DNA of 31,500 nucleotides from Selaginella moellendorffii (Eukaryota > Plantae > Lycopodiophyta). The stretch's first letter is position 1, and the number at the start of each line of letters is the position of its first letter. The notes beneath the pieces are model-generated. The model was not told the DNA's origin, ran no database searches, and saw nothing but the letters and a program-made list of their open reading frames with translations. Location: assembly GCF_000143415.4 (NCBI RefSeq), contig NW_003314303.1:277005-308504 (forward strand), in the 5' to 3' direction. The position numbers and the translations under genes were made by a program. Of the stretch, positions 24,121 to 31,500 are shown one piece after another.

Positions 24121-26325
24121 ATGGGGGGAGGAAGGCAGCCATGCTGGAGCTAGGCTCATGTTCTGAAACTGAGGCCAACATCCGAGACAAGCCATGGCGT
24201 GAATCCATGGAAGTGTAAGTATTGCTCGAATACTTACACCGGCGCAGCTGAACGAGTTCGCACTCACCTTGGGGGTGTGAAAGGAAGGAATGTAGAGATT
24301 TGTACAGGACAGGTGCCACTGGAAGTGGTGAACAAGGCTCGGGCATCTTTTAATCGTGTGGAGCTCACGAAGAGCTCCATGATTGCAGCAAGTCCCCAAG
24401 CGAGACTTGCCTTAGCTCACGAGATTGAGGTCGGTGAGGTGAGCGGCGGTGCCAGCTGCGGGGCAAGTGGTGGGGCTACTGGAGGGCTGGGCGAGACGAG
24501 CAGCGGCAGCGTTCCACTTTCTAGGAGCAGCAGTCTTAAATGAAGTGCTGCACCAGCGCTGGATGGTGACATTCAAAAGATGATGAAGTCTGCAAAGGTT
24601 CAATGTTTGGATGATGCCGTGGCCGAGTTCTTCTATGTTGAAAATATCCCTTTCAACACCATTCGGAGGCCAAATCTGAGGAAGTTGCTTCAAGCTGCTA
24701 TTGACTTTGGCCCTGGAGCTCTTGCACAGATGATGGGATATGAGAAGCTGCGGAGTACACAGCTGAAGAAGGTTTATGATAGTGTCAATGCTCGACTTGA
24801 TCCAATCCGTGAGGGGTGGAGAAGATATGGAGTTAGCATCGTCACCAATGGCTGGTCTGACAACCATAGCCGATCCTTGATCAACTTCATGGCCTCCAAC
24901 GTCCAGGGTTCAGTTTTCTTGAAGTCTGTAGATTCCGAGGGCAGGACAAAGATGGGAGAGTGGATTTGGGTTGAGCTGAAGAAAGTGATTCAAGAAGTTG
25001 GCGAAGAAAACGTTGTTCAGGTGATCACTGACAATGCATCAAACTGTGTGCAGATGGGAGAACTCATGACAGCTGAGTATCCTCACATTCTCCACAGCCG
25101 GTGTGTGTGCCACGTCTTGGACCTTTTCTTCAAAGACATCAGGAGCTTGTCATGGGTAAAACCATTGGTGAAAGGCTGCAACGAGGTGGTAACTTTTATC
25201 ACCAAAAAACCTCGTGTTCTGGCTTTGTTTCGAAAGCTGAGCAATCGGGATCTCATCAAGCCGGTAAGCACAAGGTTCGTTTACATGTTTCTAGTGATGT
25301 CAATCTGACGACCTTGGAGGCATTGAAGGAGATGGTTGTGAGCTCCGAGTGGCGGCGATTGGACGTCACGAAGACCGCCAAAGCCCAGTGCATTCGAACT
25401 CGGATCTTAGAAGAGACTCCAAACTCTTTCTGGACTAGGTGCCAGCACTTGTTGGTGCTGCTTGGACCGCTCCTCAAGGTCTTGAAGCTTGCGGACCGGG
25501 AAGGGGAACCTTCCGGTCTCATTTTTGAGGCTATGGACCGGATGAATGAGAAGCTTTCAGAGGCTGTTGAGACTGGGATTTTAGCCAAGGAAGAGGTTGA
25601 GGAGATCAACAGGTTCATGATGGAGGATCATGGTGAGGGAGGTCGGAAAGCAGCTCGTTGGTTCCAGATGCATTCGATCTTGCATGGAGCTGCTTTTGAT
25701 TTGAACCCAGCTTTTCTTCATCTCCCTCTCGACCAGGAGGCTCAGGAAGATTTTGTGGAGTACCTAGAGTTGTATTGCAAAGGAAATCAAGGACTTCAAC
25801 ACAAGCTGCTGCACGAGTTTCAAAGTTTCCGTCAACAACTTGGCCGTTTGTTCTCTTCAGAGGCAGCAAAGCAGGTGCATATAAATTGTTTGTTTGTCAA
25901 CTTTTTAGACTGATTCTTTTGTATAGATGGAGAACCGGAAACACCCGGTGAGTTGGTGGAGCAACTTTGGTGCAGGCACACCAGAACTTCAAAGGCTTGC
26001 TTTACGGATCTTGAGTCAGCCAGTTTGTGCTTCACCATGCGAGCGAAACTGGAGTTCATGGAGCATGATCTAGACGAAGAGGAGGTCTTGACTACTCTCC
26101 AAAAACTCGGAGAAGCTGGTTTTTGTGCACACAAATATGCGTGTCGTACAAAAGATCGAGTCCGGGAGTTTGAGGCTTATCGATCATGATCTTGATAACC
26201 TTGAGCTTGAGCCTCAATGGCAAAGGATCCTTGCACTTCAGGAGGTTGTTGAAGAACCTCTTCAACAACCTGATGACGATGGCGCTAGTGGTGATGATGT
26301 TCTAGATTCGGAGGATGAAGATTAG
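24121..26325 (+). pseudogene. hAT transposase pseudogene (BED zinc finger, DUF659-type catalytic core, hAT dimerisation domain); start approximate
   Basis: WKCKYC...HL...C; SIVTNGWSD; QVITDNASN; CVCH; 52-nt intron 25875-25926; WWSNFG..PELQRLALRILSQ...CERNWS. Stops at 24541, 26071 and 26089; frameshift near 25305. Confidence 0.92.
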
Positions 26326-27464
26326 ATTAAACCTATATTATATTATGTTAAACTTTGTTTAGTAACAGTTAATTATTTTTTAATTATATTAAAACTGAAA
26401 ACCATTATACCCGTTGAAAAAAAGCTAAACAGGTATTAAACGTTCGATACCCGTTCGAATCCGATTGCGTTCGAATGTTCGGATGCAAGTATGATTGACA
26501 CCGTTTTGATTGAAAGCATTCAACTTTTGTGTGGCAGGAGGTGATGGCAGCGGGAGAAATCCAATGGGACAACCAGATTCGTGCCCGGCTCGAGCAGTGG
26601 ATCCAAGGCCACTACAACTTCCACTGCGTGGAGCCGCTCTTCCAGGAGCACGCAGACGTGAGCGTGCCAATTGCGCGCCTGATCTATACATGGATGCACA
26701 CGAGGAAGGGATGCCGCGACCACGCCGAGCTCAAATCCCTGTGCTCGGCAGCAACATCATCGGAGTCGATTGTGGAGCACATCCAGGCTACGATGAGCCG
26801 GGGAAGCAGCGATGAGTGCTGCCAGCTTTGTGACGTGGCTGCCACCGTCTTTGGCAATGACTATGGTAGCCTTTTCGTGGAGATTTGCGCCAACGTGCAG
26901 TGGGATCCATGCCTGACCGCGTGCTCTCTAGAAGAATTCGGGGCGATCAAGCAGGCAGCCTGGGACGGACTCTTCCTGGCTGCGAGCTCCGACAGCACGC
27001 TTCAAAGGCACCGTTTTGACGATGGCAGCCGCAACGAGGCCATATGGAGACCTCGGATGTAAGCATGTAAATGATTCCATCCATCGCTTACGAGTTTGCT
27101 GTTGCAGCTGATCCTCGAGGACTGCTTGGGCGCCAGCGTTGATCGTGAGAGGTGGAAACGAGCCTGTGAGTCTATACAGAGCCTTTCTCTTTGCTCAATC
27201 GTGATCCTTTTTGCTTGGATCGTCCCAGGCAAGTCACTGCTGTATGCCACGCGGGGGGGGGGGTCGGGGGGGGGCAGCGCGTGTCCCGCAGTGGAAAAGG
27301 GGTTTTTGTTGCGATTAGCAACTCCACCAGAGGAATCTGTGAGGCGTTTGCGGCGTGGATCCAGTCTCCAAGCACGCAGACGGACTTGGGAGCGAGCTCG
27401 GATGAGATCCGTCATGCCATAAGAGAGGCAGTTGTCTCGGCTGGTGGAGTGGAGTATGACGAGG

Positions 27465-27988
27465 NNNNNNNNNNNNNNNNNNNNNNNNNNNNNNNNNNNN
27501 NNNNNNNNNNNNNNNNNNNNNNNNNNNNNNNNNNNNNNNNNNNNNNNNNNNNNNNNNNNNNNNNNNNNNNNNNNNNNNNNNNNNNNNNNNNNNNNNNNNN
27601 NNNNNNNNNNNNNNNNNNNNNNNNNNNNNNNNNNNNNNNNNNNNNNNNNNNNNNNNNNNNNNNNNNNNNNNNNNNNNNNNNNNNNNNNNNNNNNNNNNNN
27701 NNNNNNNNNNNNNNNNNNNNNNNNNNNNNNNNNNNNNNNNNNNNNNNNNNNNNNNNNNNNNNNNNNNNNNNNNNNNNNNNNNNNNNNNNNNNNNNNNNNN
27801 NNNNNNNNNNNNNNNNNNNNNNNNNNNNNNNNNNNNNNNNNNNNNNNNNNNNNNNNNNNNNNNNNNNNNNNNNNNNNNNNNNNNNNNNNNNNNNNNNNNN
27901 NNNNNNNNNNNNNNNNNNNNNNNNNNNNNNNNNNNNNNNNNNNNNNNNNNNNNNNNNNNNNNNNNNNNNNNNNNNNNNNNNNNNNNNN
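27465..27988. other. Assembly gap (524 N)
   Basis: N run. Its flanks correspond to about 8264 and 7868 of the paralogous block. Confidence 1.
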
Positions 27989-30214
27989 TACGTCAGCAAG
28001 GCTTCACTTGCTATTAATAGGAAGTGAAGCCCTAAGAGCAACACTAAATAATAATGGTCAATATTAATTTCTAAATCAATATTGGCAAAATCTGTCTAAA
28101 AAATAGTATTATTATTTTTATTAAATTAGTGCTAAATTAATTAGCAGTAAATTTAGCATCACTGCTAAATTAATTATTTTTATTTTAAAAATATTATATC
28201 TTTGTAATGCTAAAACCAAACGTATCTATAAGTAATATTGCATATTTCATTTTTTGTTTTTTTACAAGTGGAAACAAAAGAAAAATAAAACATACCTTAA
28301 TAACCAAGTATTCAAATGTTTTATCAATTTGTAAAACTAGCAAGAGTTATAAAAGGTCTTTGATAACTTGGTAGTTTCTTTCAGGTTGAATTCCCCCTAA
28401 ATTAGGTGAGCATATGAAATGATTTCCACCAACTAAATATCCATAATTTTAAATTAGTATTTAAATAACCATATTATAAATCATAAATAGTTATATCATT
28501 TCTTACACCTTCTTGTGATAGTATTTTAGAAATGAAAAAATGTTATTTATAGTATTTTCTCCTAATTTTATTCTCTAGAGCCCTTACCCTGATCTTTTGG
28601 TGATGATGAGCTTTTATTCTATGCTACGAGTTGCTAGAAAAACACCTAGGCAATCTTGAAGAATTAGAAAGTTGTGACAGGGATCCAAGTTGACGGTTTG
28701 GAAGTTAAGATAATAGCAATTTAGAAGCTCAATGTGCTTTTCAAGCAGCAATCCAAAAACCATGAACAAGCTGGATGCATATGAACTTGGATCCGTGGAT
28801 TGCTCACTTCTTTTCACTACAAATGGAGTCTTCAAGAGAAGATCTCATTTCGAGATTTCAGATGCTAATTATAATCAAACCAATTCCTCTAGTGGCTGCC
28901 AAATTTTAATCTCCAGGATCCCACAATGAGCATTTTCATCTCAGCAGAAGATCCAAGATTTCACTTGAACAATTAGATTCTAGACTCTAAGTTTTAGTCA
29001 TATTATGTTAAGGATTATATTTTTATGATAATTGATTATTATTAATTGTAAATAGGATATTCTTATATAAAGATTATAAATGTTATATTAACTATGCATG
29101 TTATAATTATGATTTTGTTAAAAATTCTAACTTTTCATAGCTGTAGTGGGATCCCCTAGGGTCGAATATTCCACCACTAGGCATGATGTTATTTATCATG
29201 TTTATATACCCATCCCATACACCAATGGGGCCATGCATGGATCATTATCCCATTCATCCAAGCCATTCTAAGTGTCACTATTGTGCATCTTTCATTTGCT
29301 TATTTCATTGAAAGGGGGCTGATGCCAGTTTTGTGTCCATGCCAAGTGATCCTAAATGGGATCCTTTAGATAAACTCCCTAAAAATTCTTTGCTCTATTT
29401 ATCGCATAATGATGGTAGTTTGGATGGATACAATCTAAGTTCAAAAGGTGGGCAAGGTTTGAGTTCTAGTATAAAGTTCATTTCTTTTACACTCTAATAG
29501 TTTGGCTATGTTATTTTTATGTAAGGCTTTTTCAGAACAAAACAAAGGGATGTTTAGGTTCCTTTGAACCTTCTAAATCTCAAATTGATTAGTGGGGGTA
29601 AAAAAACTTGTCTTGGCATTTGGAACAAAAAGGAAGGATACCTCAAGCCCTTAGATCTAGACTTTTTTGAGCATTGTGAGATGGGCAATCTCTATATTAT
29701 AGATATGTAGAGAAAAAAAAGCCAAAAGATAACTTTGTAATTTCTCTCATTAAAGTTCATATAAGTTCTCTAATCTGTCTGAACAGTAAGACTTTTCGTG
29801 ATCTCTCTTGTTCTTTTTTCTTTTTGTAGAAACAAAACGAAGGCGAAGGAAAACGTTTGCCCGAGTATTGGAAATATTATGGAATCTCCAACAACACCGA
29901 AGGAGGTACCTAACTAAATCTAGATCATTCCAGCTGAATAAACGTTATCACTTCAGACAACATCAATGTCGAACGGTAATGAACTTGGCTCTTGGAGAGT
30001 ACAGTCCGGAAGTAACTTGGGATTTTTCTTTTCTCAATATATATTGTTTTTCTGTGAGGTGAGTAGTTTTTCTTCTACTTTCCCGTCTATCCCTTGAGGC
30101 TAACACCAGTATTGCTTTCATGCAGCCAATCCTTGCCTTTCTCCTCTATGGAAAATTCTACAGACAAAAAGATACCCCTAGCCAAGACACTGATAAAGCC
30201 TGACACTTCGAAGA

Positions 30215-30965
30215 ATGGAGGATCTGCAAAAGGCCGTTGCAACGTTGTGCTCTGTCAAGAACCTCCAAAGATTGTGAGTATGTTGTTCCAGTCATTGCTT
30301 GCATCTGGATGGAATCCAAAGGCAATCCTCGTCTTGAAGCCTTCTTGACCAAGCCATTAGTCATCGATGTCATGATGGAGTTCATGGTTACGTCCAAGTC
30401 CCTGCAAACGCAAAGAACAGTGCCTGCTAACCGAGTTCATCCACAACAACGGCAGCGGATAGTAGACTACGACCCAAGTCTCGGATGGGTGAGCAAGACC
30501 TTCCAACAAGGCAGGATTCCACAGGCAGTGGTTCTTCTCTACTTGCTCAAGCTCCCCTCGCCAGAGCTCGAGGCTCTCCAGCTCGTCCCCGTGCTTGTGG
30601 AAGTCCTCCAGGAACAGGTTGTGGTGGATCTGACCTCTCCGGCCCTCCGGGCTCCAAGAGCAGCGGCGATCTTTCTCTTGGAGCAGCTCGTCTCTTTCGA
30701 CCTTTGCGCGATCGCCAAGGTGTCTGAGGGGGCTGTGCCGTATCTCCTCCAGTGCCTCGAGTCCAAGACGCCTGAAGAGCAAGTGAGCGTGATGGTGATC
30801 CTGCTGTGCTGCTGCGTGGAGGCGGACCAGACGTGTAGCAACTTCATTGCTCAGCATTGCAAGCCGTCCAAGCTGATGCAGCTGGTGCAATCGCACGACA
30901 GCCGGTCCAGGGAGATCACCATCGCCTTCGTTCACAGCTTGCTCCTGGCACGCAAGAAGTTTTAA
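30215..30965 (+). pseudogene. LIN/CERBERUS-like U-box/ARM/WD40 E3 ligase, ARM-region fragment, frameshifted and 3'-truncated
   Basis: MEDLQKAVATLCSVKNL-(fs)-KDCEYVVPVIACIWMESKGNP...LTKP; AVVLLYLLK...LVPVLVEV; PRAAAIFLLEQ; ILLCC.VEADQTCSNFIA...SR. These resemble, from memory, the post-U-box ARM region of legume LIN/CERBERUS. Frameshifts near 30266 and 30423-30455. Confidence 0.7.
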
Positions 30966-30967
30966 AA

Positions 30968-31490
30968 AGATAGCTTGGTTTTGTCCTCCACAACTCGAGG
31001 GATAGCGCTATGTTTTAAAAGAGAAGGGTAGTTGGTTGACCGTTGACGTTATAGTTGACCGAGTATTTCGCTTTAATCCCCTGAGCAATTACATTTATAC
31101 TGCTCGCCCTCTCTTGCAGGATCTTCCAGCTTTGGCACACTAGCTCCTGCCTTGAAAGTGAAACTGCTTCTATGTGCATGGAACAGAAGACCTGGAAGAG
31201 GAGCTCCAGCAATCCCAAACTATACCCTTCCATGTCTCGCCCATTTCAGAGATCTCCAACCTGAACCTACCACTATGATGACATGGCTGCCTTGGCAAAC
31301 ATCTATGAACACAAACATTGGTTCGAACAGCAAACCTGTGGATGCAGCACCCAGCACCACCTTCCTTTCAACTGGAGCACCTTTCTGATGCTTCTCGGCT
31401 CTGTCCAGAACCTGGCCATATGCCTCTTCAAGCTTAGAGAGGTTGTCTTTGATCTCCACATAGATGTCACAGCTCTTGTATGCATTATCT
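30968..31490 (-). pseudogene. Restriction-endonuclease-like domain plus start of a kinase (FunK1/Crinkler-related-like) relic
   Basis: DIYVEIKDNLSKLEEAYGQVLDRAEKHQKGAPVERKVVLG (ExK...GQ...P.R..VLG pattern), then after stops EILGQL...LLKHSAIPRVVE. Pattern recognition only. Confidence 0.4.
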
Positions 31491-31500
31491 ATGAAAAACA

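Larger units (their letters stand above)
23893..26493 (+). mobile_element. Full-length hAT DNA transposon (2601 bp)
   Basis: TIRs CATACTTGCATTCGAAC / CATACTTGCATCCGAAC (16 of 17). Perfect 8-bp TSD ATTGACAC (23885-23892, 26494-26501). Empty site ATTGATAC in the paralog (9239-9246, minus). Confidence 0.96.
22825..27464 (+). pseudogene. Multi-exon gene of unknown function, copy 2; frameshifted, hAT in an intron, 3' end in the gap
   Basis: Same exons as 8031-10292. Lesions relative to copy 1: deletion near 23283, 1-nt loss near 23782, 10-nt loss near 23846, 28-nt loss near 27058, G-run expansion at 27253-27274. Confidence 0.65.
22796..29776 (-). repeat. Segmental duplication block B' (inverted copy of 6172-10326), containing the hAT insertion and an assembly gap
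   Basis: Reverse-complement match from ggcaaaga...gggatcgtaagagaaatgg to aagttctctaat. Confidence 0.95.

Noticed and set aside
27191-28067. 200-278 aa ORFs containing X runs
   Set aside because: Artefacts of the N gap.

Overview
Eukaryotic, plant-type genomic DNA. The 52-53 nt introns, GC-rich exons in AT-rich intergenic DNA and gene content suggest a compact non-seed plant such as Selaginella (inference). Left to right: (1) a decayed Ty3/gypsy retrotransposon on the minus strand (1-5135; short 5' LTR, Met-type PBS, gag zinc knuckle, protease, RT, RNase H, integrase) whose gag is split by a 1.84-kb solo LTR carrying a satellite array (5-bp TSD); (2) a ~5-kb block A+B with a disrupted unknown multi-exon gene; (3) a second copy of A; (4) an intact two-exon CYP71-clan cytochrome P450, the only clearly intact gene; (5) a kinase relic; (6) decayed CpG-poor DNA with a second copy of the satellite solo LTR (20-bp flanking duplication) and a third, distantly related LTR-like element; (7) an inverted copy of B carrying a complete 2.6-kb hAT transposon (17-bp TIRs, 8-bp TSD), with the empty site visible in the other copy; (8) a LIN/CERBERUS-like ARM pseudogene fragment meeting a convergent nuclease-like+kinase (FunK1/Crinkler-related-like) relic. 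The main structural signal is that A' and inverted B' both end in the same ~16-bp hairpin-forming sequence that joins A to B, implying tandem duplication followed by an ~18-kb staggered-break inversion. No new functional system is proven from sequence alone. The best candidates for novelty are the unknown duplicated gene family, the satellite-bearing LTR family and the REase-kinase relics.
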